DNA of 64,000 nucleotides from a virus (lineage: Duplodnaviria > Heunggongvirae > Uroviricota > Caudoviricetes): IMG/VR virus record IMGVR_UViG_3300032315_000486. One strand, written 5' to 3'. The position numbers and the translations under genes were made by a program. A model generated the notes under the pieces. The model made no database searches. It was not told the DNA's origin and saw nothing but the letters and a program-made list of their open reading frames with translations. This document shows positions 25,117 through 34,593 of the stretch, one piece after another; position 1 is the stretch's first letter, and each line of letters starts with the position of its first letter.

Positions 25117-25493
25117 GAGTATTAGTTTGTGGGGGTCGAGATTATGGGAAGAACCCAGACGGCTCGATCAACGACATAGAAATGGATTTTCTATTCAACT
25201 TTCTTACTGAATTACTACTAAAACACCCCGATATGTTAGTGATTCAAGGAGAGGCACGAGGTGCCGATAGATTGGCCAAGAACTGGGCAGAATTTATAAA
25301 TGTTCCAGTAGTTTCTTTTCCAGCGGATTGGGTTCGTTACGGACGTAACGCAGGGCCAGTAAGAAACCTGCAAATGGTTCAAGAAGGTAAGCCAGACCTA
25401 GTAGTTGCTTTTAGGGGTGGAGCTGGCACTAGAGATATGATTAAACAAGCAATGCAACATAATATAGAGGTACAAACACCATGTTTAAAGTAG
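25113..25493 (+). CDS. DUF2493 / SLOG-family (DprA/LOG-like Rossmann) protein
   Basis: MRVLVCGGRDYG....IQGEARGADRLAKNWA....AGPVRN....DLVVAFRGGAGT matches DUF2493 signature. Confidence 0.5.
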   Translation: MRVLVCGGRDYGKNPDGSINDIEMDFLFNFLTELLLKHPDMLVIQGEARGADRLAKNWAEFINVPVVSFPADWVRYGRNAGPVRNLQMVQEGKPDLVVAFRGGAGTRDMIKQAMQHNIEVQTPCLK

Positions 25494-25849
25494 GCGACAA
25501 ATTTTACACAGTAAGAGAAGAACTGACAGGCCTTGGCCGTAAGAAGATTTCTATGACAGACGAGAACGGTATTGAGTGGTATCGGCACGACAAGCCTGTT
25601 CGTATTTATATTATCGAAGAATGGTCTATTGTAGGTAGAGGCGAGTTCAGCCTTGAGGGAGAGCAAGTGCCGTGTGAGTGGTTTACTACTGGGCCAGTAC
25701 TGTACTGCTCAGGCCCAGAAGCAGAAACTGATGTATTTCCAGAAGAAGATTTTCAACAGTGGATTGATTCTGGAAAGTACTATTTCGCAACAGCAGAAGC
25801 TGCACAAGCCCACATTGACGCAACTATGCTAGAAGAGAAAGGTGTTTAA
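25481..25849 (+). CDS. hypothetical protein (122 aa)
   Basis: ORF, no motif. Confidence 0.45.
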   Translation: MFKVGDKFYTVREELTGLGRKKISMTDENGIEWYRHDKPVRIYIIEEWSIVGRGEFSLEGEQVPCEWFTTGPVLYCSGPEAETDVFPEEDFQQWIDSGKYYFATAEAAQAHIDATMLEEKGV

Positions 25850-25877
25850 ATTAATTAACTTTTAGCTTGCCAGCCTG

Positions 25878-25905
25878 CTTGTTAGGTGCTATATTATATG
25901 TATAG
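25878..25905 (+). promoter_or_regulatory. sigma70-like promoter TTGTTA-N16-TATAGT upstream of natV
   Basis: cttgttaggtgctatattatatgtatagt. Confidence 0.45.
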
Positions 25906-25919
25906 TTCAGAGAGAACTA
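25903..25919 (+). promoter_or_regulatory. leader dyad TAGTTCagagagGAACTA (copy 4)
   Basis: perfect 6-bp inverted repeat at predicted TSS of natV. Confidence 0.4.
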
Positions 25920-25946
25920 TATTAACTGTAAAAGGAGTTTTTACAA

Positions 25947-27020
25947 ATGCGTGATGCACTAGTATTTATCGGTCGGTTCCAGCCGTTTCACAATGGACAC
26001 AAAGCAGTTATTGATGCTGCACTTGAGCAAGCTAAAGAGGTAGTTGTAGTAGTCGGCTCTAGCTTTGCTGCTCGAAATATACGAAATCCATTTACGTTCC
26101 AAGAACGCAAGGCTATGATTGAAGTCTGTTTCAACAAACCACAGCACTTTGCTTATGAGGGTGCTCAAGGTCGAGTGAAGACGTCTCGCGTAAAAGTTGT
26201 TCCAGTCTCTGACTTCCCGTATGACGACAATAAATGGGTCAATGCAATTCAACGTATTGTTGATGTGACTGTTCCTGATGCACAAGATGTTGGTCTGATT
26301 GGTCACTCAAAAGACAGCACTAGTTACTACCTGAACATCTTCCCTCGCTGGAAGAACCATATTGAAGTTGATGATGTTGGTGGTATTAATGCTACTGACA
26401 TTCGTAAGCTGATGTTTGAAGGTAACGACGCTGGTACAAGCTCGCACTTTATTTCTACAATGATGCCTAAAGAAGCTCACGGAAAGATGTGTGACGTTAT
26501 CAATCAGAATGCCAAGATCGGCGGTGCATGGGACACTATTTGCAAAGAATACCAAATGGTACGAAAATACAAAGAAGCGTGGAAGGCCGCTCCGTTCCCT
26601 CCTACTTTCATGACTGTTGACGCTGTTGTTATTCAAAGCGGTCATATTCTTCTTGTAAAGCGTGGCGACATGCCTGGCAAAGGTCAATGGGCACTGCCAG
26701 GTGGTTTCTTGAACCAAGACGAAACTATGCTTGACGGGGCTATTCGTGAACTGAAAGAAGAAACCAAGATCAAAGTTCCTGCTCCGGTTTTGAAAGGTTC
26801 TATCAAAGCTTCCAAGACTTTTGACGCTCCTAACCGTTCTACTCGTGGCCGTACTATCACTCAAGCATTCTTGATTGACCTTGGTGTTGGCGAGCTTCCA
26901 AAGGTTAAAGGTTCTGATGATGCTGAAAAAGCATTCTGGGTTCCTTTCAAGGATGTGAAGCAAGAGAAGATGTTTGAAGACCACTTCCACATCATCGACA
27001 ACTTTATCAACATTGGATAA
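25947..27020 (+). CDS. natV: bifunctional NMN adenylyltransferase / Nudix ADP-ribose pyrophosphatase (NatV-type)
   Basis: N-terminal FIGRFQPFHNGH (nucleotidyltransferase HxGH); C-terminal Nudix box GGFLNQDETMLDGAIRELKEETKI. Confidence 0.8.
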   Translation: MRDALVFIGRFQPFHNGHKAVIDAALEQAKEVVVVVGSSFAARNIRNPFTFQERKAMIEVCFNKPQHFAYEGAQGRVKTSRVKVVPVSDFPYDDNKWVNAIQRIVDVTVPDAQDVGLIGHSKDSTSYYLNIFPRWKNHIEVDDVGGINATDIRKLMFEGNDAGTSSHFISTMMPKEAHGKMCDVINQNAKIGGAWDTICKEYQMVRKYKEAWKAAPFPPTFMTVDAVVIQSGHILLVKRGDMPGKGQWALPGGFLNQDETMLDGAIRELKEETKIKVPAPVLKGSIKASKTFDAPNRSTRGRTITQAFLIDLGVGELPKVKGSDDAEKAFWVPFKDVKQEKMFEDHFHIIDNFINIG

Positions 27021-27023
27021 CAG

Positions 27024-27200
27024 ATGGTTAAAGTAATTTCAGTGGGTGCTTTACAGGTTACCTGTCACAAGTGTAAATCTGTATTAGAGTACACTCACAG
27101 TGATATAAAAGAGTACCATGACTATGACTATGGTGGAGGTCATGATATTTACCGTGGGTTTAACTGCCCAATTTGTAATACGCTACTAACGCCAAAATAA
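27024..27200 (+). CDS. zinc-ribbon small protein (58 aa)
   Basis: CHKC...CPIC pairs; below track threshold. Confidence 0.35.
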   Translation: MVKVISVGALQVTCHKCKSVLEYTHSDIKEYHDYDYGGGHDIYRGFNCPICNTLLTPK

Positions 27201-27205
27201 AAGTC

Positions 27206-27222
27206 CAGTTCAGAGAGAACTG
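27206..27222 (+). promoter_or_regulatory. leader dyad CAGTTCagagagGAACTG (copy 5)
   Basis: perfect 6-bp inverted repeat 25 nt upstream of nadV ATG. Confidence 0.4.
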
Positions 27223-27247
27223 GCATTAACTTTAGAGGAGTTCTAAA

Positions 27248-28678
27248 ATGAAAACAGTACTACATCTTATCTCAGCTATCCTTCGTACCGATAGCTACAA
27301 ATTTTCTCAGTGGGTTCAGTATCCAGCAGGTACTACTCACATTTCTTCGTACATTGAAAGCCGCGGTGGCGAAGATGAGAGTGTGTTCTTTGGTCTGCAA
27401 GCGTTTATGAAAGACTATATGACCACGCCTATCACAATGGCGGACGTAGATCGTGCAGAACGTATTGTTCTAGCACACGGTCTACCTTTCAACCGCGAAG
27501 GTTGGGAAATTATCGTAAACGAATATAACGGTATGTTGCCAGTGCTGGTAGAAGCAGTACCAGAAGGTACGGTTATGCCAACCCATAACGTACAGGTTCA
27601 GGTAGTTAATACAGACCCGCGCCTGTGGTGGTTGACTTCGTACTTGGAAACAGCTATGCTTCGTGGTGTGTGGTATCCTTCTACTGTGGCGACGAAGTCG
27701 CGCAAGATGAAGAAAATCATCAAGCGTGCTCTTGAAGAAACATCTGACGTTTCAGTAGAAGCTCAGATCAATTTCAAGCTCCATGACTTTGGTGCTCGTG
27801 GCGCATCGTCTAGTGAAACTGCGATGCTCGGCGGCATGGCTCACCTAGTAAACTTTATGGGTACTGATACTGCCGAAGCTCTTGTAGGTGTTATGGAATA
27901 CTACAACACTGATGAGGTTGTTGGGTTTAGCATCCCAGCTAGTGAACATAGCACTATCACTTCTTGGGGTCGTGCACATGAAACTGATGCTTATGACAAC
28001 ATGATCGACCAGTTCGCAGGTGAAGGCAAGCTGTATGCTTGCGTATCTGATAGCTTCGACATCTATCACGCAGCTGGCCATCTATGGGGTGAAGTTCTTC
28101 GTGAGAAGATAATCAATTCAGGCGGCACCTTGGTGGTACGTCCTGATAGTGGTGATCCCGAAACTGTACCTGTAGAGATTGTCAAAATCCTTGCTAGCAA
28201 GTTTGGAACTACTACAAACTCGAAAGGGTTTAAGGTTCTGCACCCAAGCGTTAGAGTTATTCAAGGCGATGGTATCAACGAACACTCGCTACCTAAGATT
28301 CTAGAAAATCTGAAAACGGCAGGGTTCTCGGCAGAAAACATCACATTCGGTATGGGCGGCGGGTTGCTACAAGCTTGGAACCGTGATACTCTCAAGTATG
28401 CAATGAAGGCATCAGCTATTCGTGTTAATGAGAGTGATTGGGTTGGATTCTCAAAAGACCCAGTAACTGATCACGGTAAGCGTTCTAAAGAAGGCCGTAT
28501 TGCTCTAGTCAAAGAAGCTGGATTTGGTATTGCTCCATACATCCGCACCGTTCCAGCAGACTATTTCTGGGAGCGTCCAAGCGCAGAAAACCTGTTGCAG
28601 CCCGTGTTCATGAACGGCGTTATACTCGTTGAAGATACGTTTGAAAACATTCGTGAACGTGCAAAGGAAGGTGTGTGA
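27248..28678 (+). CDS. nadV: nicotinamide phosphoribosyltransferase (NadV-type NAMPT)
   Basis: 476 aa; TDSYKFSQW, HDFGARG, GTD....EHST blocks characteristic of NAMPT/NadV. Confidence 0.85.
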   Translation: MKTVLHLISAILRTDSYKFSQWVQYPAGTTHISSYIESRGGEDESVFFGLQAFMKDYMTTPITMADVDRAERIVLAHGLPFNREGWEIIVNEYNGMLPVLVEAVPEGTVMPTHNVQVQVVNTDPRLWWLTSYLETAMLRGVWYPSTVATKSRKMKKIIKRALEETSDVSVEAQINFKLHDFGARGASSSETAMLGGMAHLVNFMGTDTAEALVGVMEYYNTDEVVGFSIPASEHSTITSWGRAHETDAYDNMIDQFAGEGKLYACVSDSFDIYHAAGHLWGEVLREKIINSGGTLVVRPDSGDPETVPVEIVKILASKFGTTTNSKGFKVLHPSVRVIQGDGINEHSLPKILENLKTAGFSAENITFGMGGGLLQAWNRDTLKYAMKASAIRVNESDWVGFSKDPVTDHGKRSKEGRIALVKEAGFGIAPYIRTVPADYFWERPSAENLLQPVFMNGVILVEDTFENIRERAKEGV

Positions 28679-28814
28679 TGAATCGTAGTGATGAAGCACG
28701 TCTAATGGCAGAAGCATGGCGCCTAAACGACGAGCGCAACAAGCGACGAGCAGCAGAAGCAGCTGAGGCAAAGAAGTGCTACACACCAATCGACGACCCA
28801 AATCAAGAGTAAAT

Positions 28815-28848
28815 GAACAGGCGGTGGAAACACTGCCTGTTTTCTTTT
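28815..28848 (+). terminator. rho-independent terminator
   Basis: acaggcggtg-gaaa-cactgcctgt hairpin then tttcttttg. Confidence 0.55.
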
Positions 28849-28899
28849 GCTCAGTTCCTTTTCTTTGTGTTATAAATAATTATAAAGAAGGAGAGAGAG

Positions 28900-29721
28900 A
28901 TGAGCGACTGGAACAGCTTTGTTGATTCACTGACAGACGATACCACGCCTATCCCTCTGAAGGCGTCGGCAGAAAAGCGTTATCCGTGCGGCCAGTGTGC
29001 TGGCACGGGCTTGTACAGTGGTGTGCGTGTGCATCAGGACAAGCGTGAGTGCTTTGCTTGCCGCGGTAAAGGTTATTTCAAAACCGACCCTCGCAAGCTG
29101 GAGAAGGCTCGTCAACAGCGCGCTAAGAAAAAGCAAGATGCCGTCGAAGCTGCACAGCAGTTGAACCGCGAGACTGCTATCTATGCTCAAGTGTTTGCTA
29201 TGGTCGGTTGGAATGATCTGGCTCGGTCCTTGGCTGAGCAGCACAACGCAGGTAAGGCTTGGAGCGAAAAACAGGTAGCTGCTATTCAGGCTATGCTGGT
29301 TCGCATGGAAGAGCGTCGCGCCCAACGTGAAGCCGAGGCTAAAGAGGTCAATCTTCAGTCGATCATTGATATGTTTGATTATGCTCGGGAGAAAGGCTAC
29401 AAGCGTCCTGTGTACCGTGCTGAAGGCTTGAAGATTTCTCTGGCTCCGGCTACTGGTAATAATGCAGGTGCTCTGTATGTCAAGACTGAGAATGACGAGT
29501 ACATCGGTAAGGTTGCAGACGGTCGTTTCTTTGGTACTCGCGAAGCTACTGACGAACATAAGACGGCTCTCAGTGTGATTGCAGAGAACCCGCGTGAAGC
29601 AGCTGTTCGTTATGGTCGTCGTACTGGTTCGTGTGCTTGCTGTGGTCGTGTACTTTCTAATAAACAAAGCATTGATCTTGGGATTGGCCCAATCTGTGCA
29701 GAAAAATGGGGATTTATATAA
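28900..29721 (+). CDS. Cys-cluster protein (N-terminal C4 zinc ribbon, coiled-coil, C-terminal GSCACCGR...GIGPICAEKWG)
   Basis: CGQCAGTG...CFACRGKG; long Ala/Glu/Arg-rich helix; terminal Cys cluster. Confidence 0.5.
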   Translation: MSDWNSFVDSLTDDTTPIPLKASAEKRYPCGQCAGTGLYSGVRVHQDKRECFACRGKGYFKTDPRKLEKARQQRAKKKQDAVEAAQQLNRETAIYAQVFAMVGWNDLARSLAEQHNAGKAWSEKQVAAIQAMLVRMEERRAQREAEAKEVNLQSIIDMFDYAREKGYKRPVYRAEGLKISLAPATGNNAGALYVKTENDEYIGKVADGRFFGTREATDEHKTALSVIAENPREAAVRYGRRTGSCACCGRVLSNKQSIDLGIGPICAEKWGFI

Positions 29722-30275
29722 AAATGTCAGGAAATATTTGGCTAGTAAGCGACACACACTTTAACCATTCTAACATTCTCAAGTTTACCGACTCTGAGTC
29801 TGGTGAGCTTATTCGTCCGGGGTTTTCGTGCGTAGAAGAAATGAACGAGGTTATGATTCATCGTTGGAATACGATGATTAAGCCGGGAGACAAGGTTTAT
29901 CACCTTGGCGACGTAGTTATGGGCAACGACCAAGAAGATTGGATGAAGCGCCATTGGCCCCGTCTAATGGGTCAAAAGCGTCTCGTTGTGGGAAACCACG
30001 ATAATATCAAGATGCTTGCCAGCGGTGGCTGGTTTGCTAAAGTTGAAATGTGGCGGGTATTTAGCGAGTTTGGTATTATCCTAAGCCACGTTCCACTGCA
30101 TGAGAGTAGCCTGTATCGTGGTGGGGGCGAAGGCAAGCAGATGCTTAACGTGCATGGGCATATTCACCAGAACCTAAGTCCGAAAGGACCATACCACTGC
30201 GTTTGTGTTGAGCAAACTGATTACTACCCTGTCAATATCGAAGATCTAGCTGCAATCGCAAGGAAAATGCAATGA
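29706..30275 (+). CDS. calcineurin-like metallophosphoesterase
   Basis: LVSDTHFNH (D.H), YHLGDVV (GD), VVGNHDN (GNHD), HGHIH. Confidence 0.75.
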   Translation: MGIYIKMSGNIWLVSDTHFNHSNILKFTDSESGELIRPGFSCVEEMNEVMIHRWNTMIKPGDKVYHLGDVVMGNDQEDWMKRHWPRLMGQKRLVVGNHDNIKMLASGGWFAKVEMWRVFSEFGIILSHVPLHESSLYRGGGEGKQMLNVHGHIHQNLSPKGPYHCVCVEQTDYYPVNIEDLAAIARKMQ

Positions 30276-30418
30276 GACTAATCTATGCACTAACTACAGT
30301 AGTGTTTGCTGTAGCAAGTTATCAAGTATTTACTGACGGTTTTAGTCAGCCTTGGGTATCCGCCGCTCTAGGTTGGGGTCTTTCATGGTTTGCAATATCT
30401 GCTATTAAAGGAGACTGA
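30272..30418 (+). CDS. small membrane protein (48 aa)
   Basis: hydrophobic ORF filling the gap; below track threshold. Confidence 0.3.
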   Translation: MRLIYALTTVVFAVASYQVFTDGFSQPWVSAALGWGLSWFAISAIKGD

Positions 30419-30419
30419 C

Positions 30420-30797
30420 ATGTCTTGGAATAATGTAATTCCTAACGATGTACTGCATGAATGGATGGCTAAGAATCCCATCCCTGAGCGCAAACCGATT
30501 GAAAATCCACGCGTGGACATCCCAGAACATCTAGTTACTGACTGCTTGATTCGTTACGACTTTGAAGGTCATTACGGAGTTACCGCAGCGCACGAGGACC
30601 ACCCAGCTTTTGCAGAAGTGCGTCGACTACTTAAATCACGTGGGTACATTGAAATTCCGCCTTACGCTTGTTGGAATGGTGATCGAGTTCTAAAACGCTT
30701 TCGATTTAACGGATTTCAGCTAGAACCTGGAGATACGTTTTATTGTGCTGCTGCTTGGGCTAATAAAATTTCTTTTGAGAAGAGAAAATCGCTATGA
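30420..30797 (+). CDS. hypothetical protein
   Basis: aaaggagactgacATG RBS; track ORF opens at 30390. Confidence 0.45.
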   Translation: MSWNNVIPNDVLHEWMAKNPIPERKPIENPRVDIPEHLVTDCLIRYDFEGHYGVTAAHEDHPAFAEVRRLLKSRGYIEIPPYACWNGDRVLKRFRFNGFQLEPGDTFYCAAAWANKISFEKRKSL

Positions 30798-31159
30798 TAG
30801 AGCTATATGAGTTTGTAGTTGCAGATTATTTTGCAACAGGAGAAGGACGTACTGTATGTATGCTAGTTACTCGCGCCTATCCTAAAAGTAGCGATTATGT
30901 AAAAGAGAGTCACTTTGACGAATACGGAAAATGGCACTACGAACCAGAGACTAGGAACACACCTGCTGAACGAGCGCGGCGAGAGTTCGAAGATCTATTC
31001 GGAGCATACATGACTACAGGTGCAGAGGTAGTAGATCGTAAAACATTCTTGTCTCGTTTTGACAATATGATACCGCCTGCACTAAAACATATGTTGGCTC
31101 ATGCTGATCAACCTGGTAATATGAGTTTCTCGCAAGAATTTCATGTTAATTTTTCATAA
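30794..31159 (+). CDS. hypothetical protein (121 aa)
   Basis: ATGA overlap with upstream gene. Confidence 0.45.
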   Translation: MIELYEFVVADYFATGEGRTVCMLVTRAYPKSSDYVKESHFDEYGKWHYEPETRNTPAERARREFEDLFGAYMTTGAEVVDRKTFLSRFDNMIPPALKHMLAHADQPGNMSFSQEFHVNFS

Positions 31160-31170
31160 GGCACGATTAA

Positions 31171-31326
31171 ATGACAGTACTACTAATTTTAGCAGTTGTA
31201 GTATATGCTGTATACTGGTTCGCTCGTAGAGCGGCAGGCGGTACAGCAAGCTACACATACGAACAATATGTCGATGAACACGGCAACACAATTGAACAAG
31301 TAAAAGAAAACGAAGGAAATAACTAA
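31171..31326 (+). CDS. small membrane protein (51 aa)
   Basis: MTVLLILAVVVYAVYWFARR...; below track threshold. Confidence 0.35.
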   Translation: MTVLLILAVVVYAVYWFARRAAGGTASYTYEQYVDEHGNTIEQVKENEGNN

Positions 31327-31327
31327 C

Positions 31328-32701
31328 ATGAACGAACAAGAATTTATCTCTATGCTTAAAAAGATTGCTAAGCGCACAGCCCTAGGTGTAGCAGGCCTAT
31401 TCGTAGCAACGTCCACTTGGTTCACTACCAGTGAAGGCTATATCTACTACGTACAGAATAAGCTGACTGGTAATACCGAAGTGTATTCCGAGCCGGGCCT
31501 ACACTTGAAGATGCCGATGTTTACTAACATCTATGAGTACAAGCGAGTAGCTACAATTGATATGTCGGCTGATGCTGCAACTGAGTTTACTCGTGATCTA
31601 GATGCGATCGGTGTTACTTTTGCTGATACGTATGGCGCAGATGTTCCGATGACATTCCGCTTCCGTCTTCCAATTGACGAGAACAACTTCCGCAAGTTGC
31701 ACCAAGAATTTCGTAGCTTTGAGAACCTAGTTGATGCGCTTCTTGTAAGCAATGCTCGTAACGTCGCTGTAGTTACCGCAACTCAGTATACTGGCGAAGA
31801 GTTTATTCAAGGCGGTGTTAACTCTTACAAGGCTCAGATGGAAGATCAGCTTCGTAATGGTTTGTATGTTACTAAGCGTGAACAGGTAGAAGTCAAAGAT
31901 AGCGGTTATGCACCGGTAAGCTCTACCAACTCTGATTCCCGCAAGGTAGAAGAGACTACTCGTCTGGTTATGAAGAACGTAATTCAGATTGATAGCGCAT
32001 CTGGACTACCTAAACGTCTTGAGAACCCAATGGAGCAGTATGGTATTGAGGTTAGCCAGGTTAGTGTTGCCGCCGATCCAATTCCTGATGAACAACTTAA
32101 TGTGCTGTTGCAAGAAAAGCGTAAGCTGGTTGGTAAGAAAATCTCTGCTCAACAACAGATCGAAACCGCTCAGGCCGAAGCCGAGGCTGCAAAGCAAGAG
32201 CGCGAGATCCAGAAGCAGCGTGACATCCAGGATGCACAGAAGCAGAAAGAACTTGCTATCATCGGCGAGCAGCAGCAGACTGAAGTCGAACGTCAGCGCG
32301 CACAAAAAGAAACTGTGCAGCGTGAGAAAGAGAAGGCTCTAGCTGTTATCGACAAGCAGCGTGAACTCGAGATCGCTCAGGCGAACCGCGGGATTCAGGA
32401 AGCTGCTGCAGAAGCTGCTCGATTCGAAGCGGATGCTATTCGGGCCAAAGGTCTTGCAGAAGCAGAAGTTGAACGTGCAAAGCTGAACGCAAAGCAATCT
32501 GCTGCCGACATCTACATGGCAGAGATTCAGCGTGACATTGCTCAGGTCATGTATCCTGCTCTTAAGGATGTAAAAATCGACATGCCCGACTTCTACTCAG
32601 GAGCAACTGCAAGTGGGGCGGCCCCAACCAGTCTAGACGTATATACTACTCTAGGCGCGTTGAAAGAGCTTAAGGACCGTCAGGAACAGCCTGTAAAATA
32701 A
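31328..32701 (+). CDS. SPFH/band-7 (stomatin/flotillin/HflC-like) membrane protein with long coiled coil
   Basis: N-terminal TM, SPFH-like core (PMFTNIYEYKRVATIDMSAD...), then ~150-aa QAEAEAAKQEREIQKQRD... coiled coil. Confidence 0.55.
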   Translation: MNEQEFISMLKKIAKRTALGVAGLFVATSTWFTTSEGYIYYVQNKLTGNTEVYSEPGLHLKMPMFTNIYEYKRVATIDMSADAATEFTRDLDAIGVTFADTYGADVPMTFRFRLPIDENNFRKLHQEFRSFENLVDALLVSNARNVAVVTATQYTGEEFIQGGVNSYKAQMEDQLRNGLYVTKREQVEVKDSGYAPVSSTNSDSRKVEETTRLVMKNVIQIDSASGLPKRLENPMEQYGIEVSQVSVAADPIPDEQLNVLLQEKRKLVGKKISAQQQIETAQAEAEAAKQEREIQKQRDIQDAQKQKELAIIGEQQQTEVERQRAQKETVQREKEKALAVIDKQRELEIAQANRGIQEAAAEAARFEADAIRAKGLAEAEVERAKLNAKQSAADIYMAEIQRDIAQVMYPALKDVKIDMPDFYSGATASGAAPTSLDVYTTLGALKELKDRQEQPVK

Positions 32702-32788
32702 TTAGTAGGGCAGGGAGCAATCTCTGCCCTTTTTCATTTGCACGCCTGCTTTAATTTTGTTATATTGGTTTATAAGAGGAGAATCAAT

Positions 32789-32941
32789 ATGCGAACTGTT
32801 GAAGAAATTAAACGCGACATTCAAGCACTTCGTCAAGAGATTAAGTATGCTCAGGTTGATGGGCAAGAACTAGAAGTTGAACTTCTGATGGTAGACCTAG
32901 ATGAACTCCAAGAGGAATTGTGGGCTTCACAAAGTGCATAA
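32789..32941 (+). CDS. small coiled-coil protein (50 aa)
   Basis: aagaggagaatcaatATG RBS. Confidence 0.35.
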   Translation: MRTVEEIKRDIQALRQEIKYAQVDGQELEVELLMVDLDELQEELWASQSA

Positions 32942-33229
32942 ACTAGGGCGTATCATAACTGTAGAAATCTCCCTAGGAGGAAGGTATAACTCAGAACTTG
33001 GTCTGCTGTTAACTATGGGAGCAGGCCAACATAATGGTCAACTAGACAGTAGTTGGACAGTGACATCTTTTGATAGTGTACCTCACCATTTCATGAGTAA
33101 AGACGAAGGTAATGTGGCTTTTCTAGTTAGTTTTTTAGCACATCTGATGAATAAAGCAGACGTTACCAAGATAAGTGATCTGGTAAATAAGCCAGTGCTC
33201 TGTGAGTTTAAAGAAGGCGAGTTAATATC

Positions 33230-33772
33230 ATGGAACTTGTGGGACCAGACAGTATAGCCGTGCATCTGCATGGGCGGTATTTTAGTATGAATCTACACCG
33301 TGCTTGGCTGGGTGAAGATACTGCTATCGTTCCTCTATGGAATCTTAGTGGGCAGCTAGTTGGGTATCAACAGTATAGACCTAACGCTTCAAAAGAAGCT
33401 AAAAACGATCCTCGTGAGGGTAGATACTTTACTCGCTTAGCCAGAGACCGAGTAGGCGTTTGGGGATTAGAGAGCTGGCAGTTCAGCGACACGCTATTCC
33501 TGTGTGAAGGTGTGTTTGATGCTTGTAAGGTTACTTGGCTAGGTTACAGCGCACTAGCAGTTTTCAGCACTGAGGTTAATGATACTACAGCTAATTGGCT
33601 TAGTGTTTTGAGAAGCCATAGACGAGTTGTAGCACTTTGTGACGGAGATCACGTAGGGCTACGTCTAGCTAAATATGCTCATGACCACATTCAGATCTCG
33701 CCTTGGCATGATGTAGGTGATGCGCCACTTGGCTATGTTAACGACCTTTGCCAGCGGTTCAACGAAGATTGA
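33230..33772 (+). CDS. TOPRIM-domain protein
   Basis: LCEGVFDACKV...VALCDGDHVG fits Toprim E....D.D acidic signature. Confidence 0.4.
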   Translation: MELVGPDSIAVHLHGRYFSMNLHRAWLGEDTAIVPLWNLSGQLVGYQQYRPNASKEAKNDPREGRYFTRLARDRVGVWGLESWQFSDTLFLCEGVFDACKVTWLGYSALAVFSTEVNDTTANWLSVLRSHRRVVALCDGDHVGLRLAKYAHDHIQISPWHDVGDAPLGYVNDLCQRFNED

Positions 33773-33824
33773 ACTTGCTGGCAGGTTTGTTTATTGCTAT
33801 ATTTATTTATAAGAGGAAATTTAT

Positions 33825-34025
33825 ATGTTATTCACTGTTGACCAAATTAATAAGATCCACACACTACTACAAGAATACCCTACCGCTACTCACGTTTCTA
33901 TTATTGACAAGGCCAATGAATCAGGAATTGGTCCCAATACAGAAGCAAAGTTTTTGGTCTGGAAGTTCCCTAAAAAATCTGAAATACTTGGAACCGTTAA
34001 CATAACTGATGTAGGAACATGGTAA
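33825..34025 (+). CDS. hypothetical protein
   Basis: aagaggaaatttatATG RBS. Confidence 0.4.
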   Translation: MLFTVDQINKIHTLLQEYPTATHVSIIDKANESGIGPNTEAKFLVWKFPKKSEILGTVNITDVGTW

Positions 34026-34228
34026 TGAACACTTGGGCTGAACGTATTCGTCAACACGCAACCTGTCATTATACCGAAGATGGCTGGGATATTCTAGTAG
34101 AGTGCTGGACTGATGAGTACATCAACGAAATCATCGGCGACTGTAAAACCTACGAGGATGCAGTCGTTCAGTGCTCGGAAGTATTGAGTGTTATGGACGA
34201 CTTTCGAAGAGAGATTCAACTTGCATAA
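34019..34228 (+). CDS. hypothetical protein
   Basis: ORF overlapping previous stop. Confidence 0.4.
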   Translation: MVMNTWAERIRQHATCHYTEDGWDILVECWTDEYINEIIGDCKTYEDAVVQCSEVLSVMDDFRREIQLA

Positions 34229-34273
34229 TTGCTTGGTTATACGCTATATTAGTGTGTAAGCAAGGAGAAAACT

Positions 34274-34585
34274 GTGTCTAAGCAAAGATTTGACATGACT
34301 GCTATTATTTATGATAAGCGTGGTCGTGTTCTTAGCATCGGTAAGAATAGTTATGTAAAAACCCATCCGCTTCAGCATCATCATGCGTGCAAAGTGGGTC
34401 TGCCTGATAAACAGTTTCTTCACGCAGAGATTCATGCAATTGCACGTTGTCGTCAGCTTGATCGAGCGCATCGTATTGTAGTTACTAGATTTGGCTCTCA
34501 TGGAGAGCCTAAAAACGCTAAACCCTGTCCTGTATGTGAGAGTGCTATTCGAGCAGCAGGTATTAAATATGTAGAACATACTTGA
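34274..34585 (+). CDS. small cytidine/deoxycytidylate-type zinc deaminase-fold protein (103 aa)
   Basis: HAEIHAI (H[AC]E zinc ligand/proton shuttle) and PCPVCESAI (PCxxC); GTG start with caaggagaaaact RBS. Confidence 0.55.
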   Translation: MSKQRFDMTAIIYDKRGRVLSIGKNSYVKTHPLQHHHACKVGLPDKQFLHAEIHAIARCRQLDRAHRIVVTRFGSHGEPKNAKPCPVCESAIRAAGIKYVEHT

Positions 34586-34593
34586 GGATATAA

